DNA of 64,000 bases from Eubacteriales bacterium (lineage in GTDB: Bacteria > Bacillota > Clostridia > Oscillospirales > CAG-382), in contig JAZNZY010000017.1 of NCBI GenBank assembly GCA_045595165.1, positions 6,689 through 70,688 of the forward strand, in the 5' to 3' direction. A program made the translations under genes and the position numbers. The notes beneath the pieces were generated by a model. That model saw only the letters and a list, made by a program, of their open reading frames with translations, was not told the DNA's origin and searched no databases. Positions 54,103-62,970 of the stretch are shown one piece after another; position 1 is the stretch's first letter, and each line of letters starts with the position of its first letter.

Positions 54103-54507
54103 ATGATATTTTTAAGTAATGAAAATGAAATCGTGACCGTTGATGAACTTACCGAGCTCGTACGGGAAAAGATATCGTCGCTTTCGTATGAAGTTGCGTG
54201 TGCGGCCTTTATCGATGCCAAAAACAACCTCATAAGTTTGGCACAGCTGAGCAGCGGTGTTTTTTATACTGTTGATTACGATGCGAAAAGTCTTATAGAA
54301 TACGCAATAAGCATTTCCTGCAAAAGAGTAGTGCTGTATCACAACCATCCGTCAGGTTCTGCAGAACCGTCGGAAAGTGATATTGTCGCAACAAAGTACT
54401 TATTAAAGCTGTTGTATGTCAACGGAATAAAGCTGATCGATCATATAATAGTAACCAAAAACGGATCTCAATCCTTATTCGCTTCCGCTCCGGAAATTAC
54501 CTTGTGA
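54103..54507 (+). CDS. JAB/MPN domain protein (RadC-like C-terminal domain only)
   Basis: HNHPSGSAEPSESD JAMM motif; 134 aa; lacks the RadC N-terminal HhH part; weak RBS. Confidence 0.75.
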   Translation: MIFLSNENEIVTVDELTELVREKISSLSYEVACAAFIDAKNNLISLAQLSSGVFYTVDYDAKSLIEYAISISCKRVVLYHNHPSGSAEPSESDIVATKYLLKLLYVNGIKLIDHIIVTKNGSQSLFASAPEITL

Positions 54508-54977
54508 TACGCGATACGTTCATCCCCATTTTCCAAATATATAATACCGCATTCCGAAAATCCGTGCTTTTTAAGAAAGCTTCTCATGGGCTTGTTGTCT
54601 TCGTGAGTGTCGATGCGAAGGTTTTTATAGCGCTTTTCGCCGAATTTTATACATTCGGACGCAACACCGCGACGGTTGCTGTTAACTGCTATACGGTGTA
54701 TAACGCCGTACTCTTCATCATTAAGCCATCCGCTTCCCAGGATATACGAATACGTTTTGTCAGGTCCTTTTAACAGAGAAAACACACCGATAATCTCGCC
54801 ATTTTCCACACAAACGTAACAAACCTGCGCATTTATATCAGCAAGTATTGTTTTTGTGTACGGATAACCGTCTGCCCATTGTTTAAAATTTCCGTTCGCA
54901 CGCATATATTTACGGGCATTTTCAAAAATGCTTTCTATTGTGTTCAAATCCTCGTGTCTTGCTATTCTGATTTCCAT
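54468..54977 (-). CDS. GNAT family N-acetyltransferase
   Basis: HRIAVNSNRRGVASECIKF acetyl-CoA motif; 169 aa; GGTGG RBS. Confidence 0.85.
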   Translation of the reverse strand: MEIRIARHEDLNTIESIFENARKYMRANGNFKQWADGYPYTKTILADINAQVCYVCVENGEIIGVFSLLKGPDKTYSYILGSGWLNDEEYGVIHRIAVNSNRRGVASECIKFGEKRYKNLRIDTHEDNKPMRSFLKKHGFSECGIIYLENGDERIAYHKVISGAEANKD

Positions 54978-55019
54978 TTTACCACCGCTTTAATTATTTT
55001 GTACTTATAAAGGAATTGT

Positions 55020-55703
55020 ATGAAATACGATAAAATCACCCACGGTATTTTTCACGAACGACATAACAGATTTGTGGGAACTGTTATTATTGACGGAACA
55101 CCCCAAACCGTACATATTAAAAATACCGGAAGATGCAAAGAGCTTCTCGTTTCGGGAAACCGAGTAATACTCTCTGTTTCCGATAATCCAAACAGAAAAA
55201 CAAAATACGATCTTATCGCCGTATACAAGCAGGGCAGTACCTTAATAAATATGGACTCACAGCTTCCCAACGATCTTGTGTTTGAGTGGCTTCCTAAAAG
55301 CGGTATGTTTACCGATAAAGCAATCTTCAGCAGGGAAGTTACCTACGGAAAATCAAGATTTGACATTAAAGCCGTCGACGGAGAAAAGACCGCATTTATC
55401 GAGGTAAAAGGAGTTACGCTGGAAGACAACGGCGTATGTCGCTTTCCTGATGCGCCTACCGAACGGGGACTTAAGCATATTAACGAGCTTAGAGATTGTG
55501 TGAAAAGCGGATATGACGCATATATAGTCTTTGTTGCTCAGTTCAGCGGCGCGGTGTCTGTTTCACCAAATTACGATACCCATCCGGAATTCGGATACAC
55601 ACTTCGTTCGGCAGTCGATGATGGCGTAAAAGTATTTGCCGTGGATTGCATCGTATTGCCTGATGAAGTAACGATAAATAAAATAATACAGTTTAAATTT
55701 TAA
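55020..55703 (+). CDS. sfsA: DNA/RNA nuclease SfsA (sugar fermentation stimulation protein A)
   Basis: RFVGTV..HIKNTGRCKELL N-terminal OB-like part and FIEVKGVTL..FPDAPTERG..H nuclease core; 227 aa. Confidence 0.9.
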   Translation: MKYDKITHGIFHERHNRFVGTVIIDGTPQTVHIKNTGRCKELLVSGNRVILSVSDNPNRKTKYDLIAVYKQGSTLINMDSQLPNDLVFEWLPKSGMFTDKAIFSREVTYGKSRFDIKAVDGEKTAFIEVKGVTLEDNGVCRFPDAPTERGLKHINELRDCVKSGYDAYIVFVAQFSGAVSVSPNYDTHPEFGYTLRSAVDDGVKVFAVDCIVLPDEVTINKIIQFKF

Positions 55704-55713
55704 GGAACCTATT

Positions 55714-56880
55714 ATGTACTCACTTTTACTTGCTTTAATATACGTTGCATTTGTAAGCTTGGGATTGCCTGATTCCTTGTTGGGTGCAGGTTGGCCGGTT
55801 ATGCACGCTGATCTCGGCGTTCCTATACCGTATATGGGAATCGTAACTATGATAATATCGGGCTGTACCATTATTTCAAGCCTTTTGTCCGATAAGCTTA
55901 CAAGAAAGTTGGGAACAGCTTTGGTTACCACCGCCAGCGTATTTCTCACCGCAGTTGCGCTGTTGGGATTTTCATTTTCAACAAAGTATTGGATGATATT
56001 GGTCTTTGCAATTCCTTACGGTCTTGGTGCGGGCGCGATCGATGCCGCGCTAAACAACTATGTAGCTTTGCACTATACTTCAAAGCATATGAGCTGGCTT
56101 CATTGTTTTTGGGGCGTGGGAACTATCATCAGTCCTTTTGTAATGAGTCACGCACTCTCAAGCTCAACATGGCATAACGGTTACCGAACGGTAGCTGTCA
56201 TACAGATAGTTATTGGGCTTATCTTGCTGTTCACGTTGCGAGTCTGGAAAGTTAACGAAAGCAAAACCAATGTTGCCGAAGACGAAAAAAGTGTTGGTAT
56301 AATCGAAGCGTTCAAGATCAAAGGCGTACCGCTTATACTCATTGGCTTTTTCGCGTACTGTGCCGCTGAATCTACGGCTATGGGGTGGGCAAGCACCTAC
56401 TTTGCGCAAGTGAAAGGTATTGACAGTGAAACTGCCGCCGCATATGCCTCCCTTGTTTTCATCGGTTTGACCGTCGGAAGATTTCTCGGTGGATTTTTAA
56501 TGGACAAGATCGGTGACCGTAAAATGATATTTCTTGGCACTGTAATAACGGTGTGCGGAATTGCTTGTCTTTTTATCCCCGTAAACAGCAATTATTTATC
56601 CGTTGCGGCATTTATTATTATCGGTTTTGGCTATGCACCTATCTATCCCTGCATTATTCATTCCACCCCCGCAAACTTCGGAGCAAAAAACTCCGGCGCT
56701 ATCATCGGCATACAAATGGCAGGCGCGTACCTTGGCTCGACATTTATGCCGCCACTTTACGGTGTGCTCGGAAAATGGATTGGATATTGGTTTATGCCCG
56801 TATATCTCCTTGTGTTTATGGCGCTTATGGTCATTATGACAGAACTAACCTTTAGAATCACTGCAAAGAATAAAGCATAA
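55714..56880 (+). CDS. MFS transporter
   Basis: 12-TM pattern; 388 aa; MFS loop motif around LSDKLTRKLG. Confidence 0.8.
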   Translation: MYSLLLALIYVAFVSLGLPDSLLGAGWPVMHADLGVPIPYMGIVTMIISGCTIISSLLSDKLTRKLGTALVTTASVFLTAVALLGFSFSTKYWMILVFAIPYGLGAGAIDAALNNYVALHYTSKHMSWLHCFWGVGTIISPFVMSHALSSSTWHNGYRTVAVIQIVIGLILLFTLRVWKVNESKTNVAEDEKSVGIIEAFKIKGVPLILIGFFAYCAAESTAMGWASTYFAQVKGIDSETAAAYASLVFIGLTVGRFLGGFLMDKIGDRKMIFLGTVITVCGIACLFIPVNSNYLSVAAFIIIGFGYAPIYPCIIHSTPANFGAKNSGAIIGIQMAGAYLGSTFMPPLYGVLGKWIGYWFMPVYLLVFMALMVIMTELTFRITAKNKA

Positions 56881-56883
56881 AAC

Positions 56884-57750
56884 CTATTTTATTAATTTTT
56901 CAAGCCGTCTTACCGACTCCGCAAGCGCGCAAACGCACTTGTATACCTCATCTTCGGTGCGTGCGCCGCAGTTAGCAATATATCTGTCCGCTTCGAGGGT
57001 GAGATAACCGCTGTATCCTATCTTTTTAAGTGAAGCGGCTACGGCATCGAAATCTATCTGCATAGAAAAGGGTATGTTGTGTGAATCATACTTTTTGTCG
57101 TTATCGTGTATGTGGAGCGCCTGAAGATGATGTCCCAGCGCTTCTATCATAAGCGGCGCAGTGGTATCTTCACCCATCATTTCAGCGTGTCCGATATCAA
57201 GACAAGCTACAAAGTATTCGTCATTTACTGCATTAAGATGTGCAAGAAAGCTTTCGGCAGAAGAACACGCGGCGTGAGCGGCGCAGTTCTTTTCATCCGA
57301 CCAGTTCCACATATTTTCTGTGGCAATCTTAATTCCGTGCTCCTTTGCAAAAGGAAGTAATTCAAAATACATCTCTGCGTTCTCTTCGGGAGTTTTGTAG
57401 TTATCGGGATGGATAATACAAATGCTGCCTCCTGCTTCTGCAGTGCATTCTAAGGCTCTTTTACACAGATCGCGTATCTCTTTGCAGTATACGGGAAAAG
57501 GCGCGTGGGACTGATTACAATGGATACCGTAATCCTCGCCAATACGCTTAAGCTTCCGCGCGAAATCCAGATATTCGTTACCGCAAAGTGGGTGAGATGA
57601 AGGCTTTAGGCATTTGTTTTGCCAATCATAAGGTCCCATTTTGAACATAGAAAAATCCCAGGCATCAAAGCCTGCCTTTGCCACAAGCTCGACAGCCTTT
57701 TCTTCACCTACAACGTTGGCAATAGAAGCAATCTCGGTAGATATAAGCAT
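56884..57750 (-). CDS. Sugar phosphate isomerase/epimerase (xylose isomerase-like TIM barrel) family protein
   Basis: AP endonuclease 2/TIM-barrel pattern (IHPD.., CLDIGHA, LHIHDND). Start at ATG 57750, 7 nt after GAGG. Confidence 0.8.
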   Translation of the reverse strand: MLISTEIASIANVVGEEKAVELVAKAGFDAWDFSMFKMGPYDWQNKCLKPSSHPLCGNEYLDFARKLKRIGEDYGIHCNQSHAPFPVYCKEIRDLCKRALECTAEAGGSICIIHPDNYKTPEENAEMYFELLPFAKEHGIKIATENMWNWSDEKNCAAHAACSSAESFLAHLNAVNDEYFVACLDIGHAEMMGEDTTAPLMIEALGHHLQALHIHDNDKKYDSHNIPFSMQIDFDAVAASLKKIGYSGYLTLEADRYIANCGARTEDEVYKCVCALAESVRRLEKLIK

Positions 57751-57828
57751 ATGCACACCTCGTTTAATTGTTTTTTATAATTTTACCAAAACAATATATT
57801 TAAGTCAAGAATATAAAGGAGAATTTAT

Positions 57829-58287
57829 ATGTTAACCGTTGGTTCAAAAGCACCCTATTTTCAATTATACGATAAAGAGGGTAATCTTTTTTCTTTATCC
57901 GAACATTTCGGAAAAAAGATAGTTTTGTATTTTTATCCCAAAGACAACACACCCGGCTGCACCAAGCAGGCTTGTGCCTTTGCCGAAGCTTATGAAGGCT
58001 TTAAGGCAAATGATATTATCGTTATCGGCATAAGCAAGGACAGCGTTGCATCCCACAAAAAGTTTGCGGAAAAGTATGCGCTTCCTTTTATACTGCTTTC
58101 TGATCCCGATCTTAACGCCATTAAAGCGTATGACGTATGGCAGGAAAAGAAAATGTGCGGTAAAGTCGGTATGGGTGTAGTAAGAACGACCTTTATCATT
58201 GACGAAAACGGTTGTATCGAAAAAATAATGCCCAAAGTAAAACCCGATACAAATGCTTCTGAAATTCTTGAATATTTTGGAAAATAA
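57829..58287 (+). CDS. bcp: Thioredoxin-dependent thiol peroxidase (Bcp/PrxQ)
   Basis: FYPKDNTPGCTKQAC peroxidatic and resolving Cys motif; 152 aa. Confidence 0.92.
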   Translation: MLTVGSKAPYFQLYDKEGNLFSLSEHFGKKIVLYFYPKDNTPGCTKQACAFAEAYEGFKANDIIVIGISKDSVASHKKFAEKYALPFILLSDPDLNAIKAYDVWQEKKMCGKVGMGVVRTTFIIDENGCIEKIMPKVKPDTNASEILEYFGK

Positions 58288-58292
58288 TAAAA

Positions 58293-58311
58293 CGGCGCTT
58301 TTACGGCGCCG
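58293..58311. terminator. Short GC hairpin between convergent genes
   Basis: CGGCGC/GCGCCG stem with a 7-nt loop; weak T-tract. Confidence 0.4.
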
Positions 58312-58323
58312 CTATTTATTTAA

Positions 58324-58572
58324 CTAAAATATAAACCAGAGTATTAAAAACAGTACGCATATAAAGCCCATAACAACCAGCATCGGTAAAAACATCATTT
58401 TACAAGCGTTGATATAGGTTTGAAACTGCTCCTTCAATGAAGCTCTGGGACGGTAGGACGAGCCCGAGAAAAAATTAATTTTCCGCTTTGGAACGCCCGA
58501 CATATCCGCAAAGGAAGAGCCGTCATCTATATACGTGATCTTTTCTTTTTTGTTCTTTTTTTCTTTACTCAT
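58324..58572 (-). CDS. Small membrane protein (82 aa; basic N-terminus, single C-terminal TM) coupled to the peptide ABC operon
   Basis: ATG 58572 overlaps the upstream ATPase stop by 8 nt. Sequence MSKEKKNKKEK...FLPMLVVMGFICVLFLILWFIF. Confidence 0.6.
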   Translation of the reverse strand: MSKEKKNKKEKITYIDDGSSFADMSGVPKRKINFFSGSSYRPRASLKEQFQTYINACKMMFLPMLVVMGFICVLFLILWFIF

Positions 58573-59674
58573 TTGTACTATTCTCTTTTTCAAGCAGGTG
58601 GCAAGCCGCAAAATGACCGGGTTCGTATTCCCTGAATACCGGATAAACGTGTTTGCATTTTTCGGTGGCGTAGGGACAACGGGTGTGGAATCGGCATCCT
58701 TTAGGGGGATTTGCAGGCGAGGGAATATCGCCGCTCAACACCATACGGTTCATTTTTACATCGGGATTGGGGGTAGGGATGGCTGAAAACAATGCTTTGG
58801 TATAAGGATGCAGGGGATTTTCAAAAATATCCTTTTTGCTTCCGAATTCCATCATTGCGCCAAGATACATTACCATAATCTTATCCGAAATAAACTTTAC
58901 GACCGAAAGATCGTGAGAAATAAACAGATAAGTAAGTCCCATAGACTTTTGCAGGCTTTTAAGCAGATTTATAACCTGCGCCTGAATAGAAACGTCCAGT
59001 GCTGAAACGGGCTCGTCGCACACCACCAATTCGGGTTTTACGGAAAGCGCGCGTGCGATACATATTCTCTGTCTTTGTCCGCCGGAAAACTCATGAGGAT
59101 ATCTTTCGTAATAATAATCACGCAAGCCGCACTTGTCCATAAGCTCAAGCACGTAATCACGGACGTTTTCCTTTGGAACGATATTGTGAACCTTTACGGG
59201 CTCGGACAAGATATCACCAACGGTACTTCTGGGGGGAAGTGAGGAATAGGGGTCCTGAAAAATAATCTGCATCTGAGTGCGTATGGGACGCATCTGCGCT
59301 TTGGAATAGGATGAAATATCCTTGCCTTTAAAGAAGATCTGACCGCCGCTGGGCTGAGTAAGTTTGAGTATGGTTCTGCCCATAGTAGTTTTACCGCAAC
59401 CCGATTCGCCAACTATGCCCAATGTTTCACCGGGCATAAGCTTGAAAGACACATCATCTACTGCGACAAGCTCTTTCTGGACCTTTCCGAACAAGCTCTT
59501 TTTTATAGGGAAGCACTTACGCAGATGGCGAACTTCCAAAAGAGCATCGGGATCGGGCGGTAATGCAGAATCAGCTTCTATCTTCGCCTTTCTTCTTTCG
59601 GCTTCTTCCAAAGCCAAAGCTTCGTCATTATATTCAGAGGGGATATTGATTTGATTATTATCAGACATTTTCAT
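58565..59674 (-). CDS. Peptide ABC transporter ATP-binding protein (OppF/DppF-type)
   Basis: Walker A GESGCGKTT, signature FSGGQRQR, Walker B VVCDEPVSALD and a C-terminal oligopeptide TOBE-like Cys motif. Confidence 0.9.
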   Translation of the reverse strand: MKMSDNNQINIPSEYNDEALALEEAERRKAKIEADSALPPDPDALLEVRHLRKCFPIKKSLFGKVQKELVAVDDVSFKLMPGETLGIVGESGCGKTTMGRTILKLTQPSGGQIFFKGKDISSYSKAQMRPIRTQMQIIFQDPYSSLPPRSTVGDILSEPVKVHNIVPKENVRDYVLELMDKCGLRDYYYERYPHEFSGGQRQRICIARALSVKPELVVCDEPVSALDVSIQAQVINLLKSLQKSMGLTYLFISHDLSVVKFISDKIMVMYLGAMMEFGSKKDIFENPLHPYTKALFSAIPTPNPDVKMNRMVLSGDIPSPANPPKGCRFHTRCPYATEKCKHVYPVFREYEPGHFAACHLLEKENSTNE

Positions 59675-60887
59675 TCTCCTCTCCGTACAGATGACAAGCC
59701 ACGAAATGAGTGGGGCTCACCTGAATCATTTCGGGATAATCTCCGCTGCACTTTTTGTTACAACGGGAGCATCTTTCTTTAAAATAGCAATGGGAAGGCA
59801 TATTTACGGGGTTGGGAACATTACCGGGAATATTGAACAGCTCGTCATCGTTCGAATCCAGCGTGGGCTTGGATTTCTGAAGTCCCACGGTATAAGGATG
59901 AAGAGGATTGTGGAATATTTCCGCAACTGTTCCTTTTTCAATAACTCTTCCCGCATACATTACCACAACGTAATCTGCCATTTCGGCAATAATGCCCAGA
60001 TCGTGGGTTATAAGCAGAATGGAACCGTCCATTTTCTGTTTAAGATCACGAAGCAGATCAAGTATCTGTGCTTGAATGGTAACGTCCAGCGCCGTAGTAG
60101 GCTCGTCTGCTATAATAAGACGGGGATTGCAAGCCAACGCCATAGAAATCATCACACGCTGACGCATACCGCCGGAAAGCTCGTGAGGGTAAGATTTATA
60201 AACGTGCTCGGGCATAGCTATGCCAACCATACTCAGCATTTCCAAAGAACGTTTTTTGGCAGATTCTTTGGTAGCACCGGGAACGTGGATAAAAGTAACC
60301 TCGTCAAGCTGATTACCGATGGTAAAAACGGGATTAAGGGAAGTCATAGGCTCCTGAAAGATCATAGCTATCTGTCTGCCGCGGATACGATGTATCTCGC
60401 TTATAGGCATATTAGCTATATCAAGCACCTTATCTTCCATTTCGTAAATTGGGGTACCGTTATCGTCCTTTTCACCTGTGGGAATCGTTCTTCCACGATT
60501 ATCAAGCTTATATTCGTGGGACAAAAAGCGGATATTTCCGCTGTAGATCTGTCCTTGCGGTCCTTGGAGCAGTTGCATTATAGACATACTCGTAACGGAC
60601 TTTCCGCAGCCTGATTCTCCGACAACGCCTACAGTAGAGTTTTTCGGAATATCGAAAGACACGCCGTTAACCGCTTTTACCACGCCCTGATCGGTAAAAA
60701 AGTATGTATGCAGGTCTTCGATCTCTAAAATATTATCCTTGTTTTTCATTTCGGTAAGGAATTCTTTTTCGTCCGCCTTGCGGTGCTTTCGATTTTCAAG
60801 AGTACGCATTATCTTTGCGTTTTCTTTTGCAATACGGCGTATTTCCTTACCGGACAGGTATCTTGAATTATTTTCTTTAGCTGCCAT
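59661..60887 (-). CDS. Peptide ABC transporter ATP-binding protein (OppD/DppD-type)
   Basis: Walker A GESGCGKSV, signature LSGGMRQR, Walker B IIADEPTTALD; GAGGAGG RBS. Confidence 0.9.
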   Translation of the reverse strand: MAAKENNSRYLSGKEIRRIAKENAKIMRTLENRKHRKADEKEFLTEMKNKDNILEIEDLHTYFFTDQGVVKAVNGVSFDIPKNSTVGVVGESGCGKSVTSMSIMQLLQGPQGQIYSGNIRFLSHEYKLDNRGRTIPTGEKDDNGTPIYEMEDKVLDIANMPISEIHRIRGRQIAMIFQEPMTSLNPVFTIGNQLDEVTFIHVPGATKESAKKRSLEMLSMVGIAMPEHVYKSYPHELSGGMRQRVMISMALACNPRLIIADEPTTALDVTIQAQILDLLRDLKQKMDGSILLITHDLGIIAEMADYVVVMYAGRVIEKGTVAEIFHNPLHPYTVGLQKSKPTLDSNDDELFNIPGNVPNPVNMPSHCYFKERCSRCNKKCSGDYPEMIQVSPTHFVACHLYGEENENV

Positions 60888-60889
60888 AA

Positions 60890-61936
60890 TTACCTCCTCA
60901 TCTTGGGGTCAAGCGCATCACGCAAGCCGTCGCCCACGAAGTTGAAGCCGAGAACTGCAAGAATTATACAAATACCGGGAGGACCCCATACGTTGAAATA
61001 ATTCTGAAGTATATTCTGGTCTTCGGCAACTATGTTTATCATCGTACCCCAAGCGGCGTATTCCTCAGGTGCGCCCAAGCCAAGATAGGAAAGGGAAGCC
61101 TCATAAAGAATCATACTACCCAAGCTTAACGTCATAGCGACGATAAGCTGAGGAATTACGTTGGGAATAAGATGCTTGAATATTTTTCTGACAGTGGAAT
61201 ATCCCATTGCTTCTGCGGCAATCATATATTCCTGCTCACGAAGCGACAGTATTTGTCCTCTTACCAAGCGGGCAGTTCCCGGCCAGGAAATAATCGTAAG
61301 GAACGCCATCAGGTAATATATCTTGAATTTAAGGTCTATTCCTGCGGCATCTATCAAAGTACCGACAATCAGCAGTATAGGAAATCCCGGCAAGCATATT
61401 AGTATATCGCAGATACGCATTATTGCATTATCTATTACTCCGCCGAAATAGCCTGCAATTCCGCCGAATATAATTCCGAAGAATGTGGTTATGAATACGG
61501 CAAGAAAGCTTACGGTAAGGGAAATTCTTCCGCCGTACATAAGACGTATCAGTACGTCGCGTGCGCTTTTATCGGTACCGAGGGGATGCTCGGAACTGGG
61601 AGGTGCAAGATTATTAAGGCTCTTCTTTACCTCCACAACCTGATGGAACGTATAAGTCTTTCCGTCCTTTTCAAAGGTTACGGCGTGTTCCGTATATTCT
61701 GTTTTGCCCGTGGTATCGGATTCAGCCTGTCCCCAGGCATCATATACCAAAGGACCGATCCAACAAAACAAAAACAGAGCAATTATCATAATAAGACCGA
61801 CAATACTCAGCTTTGAACGGAAAAATCTGCGAACAACCATACGGGTAGGCGACATAAGCCGCACGTTTTTATCAAAAGATTCTTCCTCGTGATCGGAGTT
61901 ATCAACGATAGGTTCGTTTATTTTCTTTTCTTCCAT
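60890..61936 (-). CDS. Peptide ABC transporter permease (OppC/DppC-type)
   Basis: N-terminal OppC-type extension and an EAA-like loop REQEYMIAAEAMGYSTVRKIFKHLIPN. Confidence 0.9.
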   Translation of the reverse strand: MEEKKINEPIVDNSDHEEESFDKNVRLMSPTRMVVRRFFRSKLSIVGLIMIIALFLFCWIGPLVYDAWGQAESDTTGKTEYTEHAVTFEKDGKTYTFHQVVEVKKSLNNLAPPSSEHPLGTDKSARDVLIRLMYGGRISLTVSFLAVFITTFFGIIFGGIAGYFGGVIDNAIMRICDILICLPGFPILLIVGTLIDAAGIDLKFKIYYLMAFLTIISWPGTARLVRGQILSLREQEYMIAAEAMGYSTVRKIFKHLIPNVIPQLIVAMTLSLGSMILYEASLSYLGLGAPEEYAAWGTMINIVAEDQNILQNYFNVWGPPGICIILAVLGFNFVGDGLRDALDPKMRR

Positions 61937-61948
61937 ATCGTCTCTCCT

Positions 61949-62947
61949 TTACTCAAGCTTAACTCTGGGGTCTACTATGGCGTACATAAGGTCCGCAAGA
62001 AGAACTCCTATTACGCTGAGCAACGCCAGAAACATATTGTAGCCCATAATAAACGGTATATCTCCGTCTGCCATAGCCTGGAATGCAATATTACCAATAC
62101 CGGGAAGACTGAATACCTGCTCGGTAATGATAGCACCGGAAAACAGCGAAGGCAGTAATCCCGCAAGGCTGGTAACCAACGGAATGAGCGTATTTCGAAA
62201 TGCGTGCTTATAAATTACCACACGCTCCTTTAATCCCTTCGCGCGGGCTGTGCGGATATAATCGGAATTAAGTACCTCCAACATGTTGGTACGTGTCATA
62301 CGCATTCTGCCGCCGATACTGAGTATTACAACAGTGAGTATGGGGATAAACAGGTGGCGTACATAGTCAAGTAGCAGCGGAAATCCCGAAAGTGATTGAG
62401 ATGCGTCTGTCAGCAGAGAAGGATAGAACCAGTCAAAGGGCAGCTTCATAGCCAACAGATCCTTAAGCACCTGACCAAAAAAGAAGGAGGGCAAAGAAAT
62501 ACCGATCATAACCAATATAGTAACGGCATAATCCCGTATGGAATATTGGTGTGTTGCCGCGGTTATTCCCAAAGGAACGGCGATCATAAACTCAAAAAAC
62601 GTGGCTATCAACGCGATAATGAATGAGAGCCCCATATTTTGTTTTATGACGTCAATAACGGGAATGCTGTATTTGAAGGAAATCCCGAAATCAAATCTGC
62701 ACAACGCACCCAGCCAATTAAGATATCCCTTGATAATACCGCCGAAGGAATTATCACCCAGACCGTAGAGAGCTTTCATACTCTCTACGGTTTCTTCGGG
62801 TATAGTAGCACCGTTCATACTCATTTCTGCAATTTTAGTGTCGATAAAGCTTACCGGCATACAGCGAATGAGCACGTAAATTATAAGAGATACGCCCAGC
62901 AATATAAGGACGGAAAGAGCAAGTCTTTTCAGTATGTATTTTAACAT
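61949..62947 (-). CDS. Peptide ABC transporter permease (OppB/DppB-type)
   Basis: MLKYILKRL N-terminus and EAA loop SDYIRTARAKGLKERVVIYKHAFRN. Confidence 0.9.
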   Translation of the reverse strand: MLKYILKRLALSVLILLGVSLIIYVLIRCMPVSFIDTKIAEMSMNGATIPEETVESMKALYGLGDNSFGGIIKGYLNWLGALCRFDFGISFKYSIPVIDVIKQNMGLSFIIALIATFFEFMIAVPLGITAATHQYSIRDYAVTILVMIGISLPSFFFGQVLKDLLAMKLPFDWFYPSLLTDASQSLSGFPLLLDYVRHLFIPILTVVILSIGGRMRMTRTNMLEVLNSDYIRTARAKGLKERVVIYKHAFRNTLIPLVTSLAGLLPSLFSGAIITEQVFSLPGIGNIAFQAMADGDIPFIMGYNMFLALLSVIGVLLADLMYAIVDPRVKLE

Positions 62948-62970
62948 ATATCTCTCCGAAAAAAGTTAAT

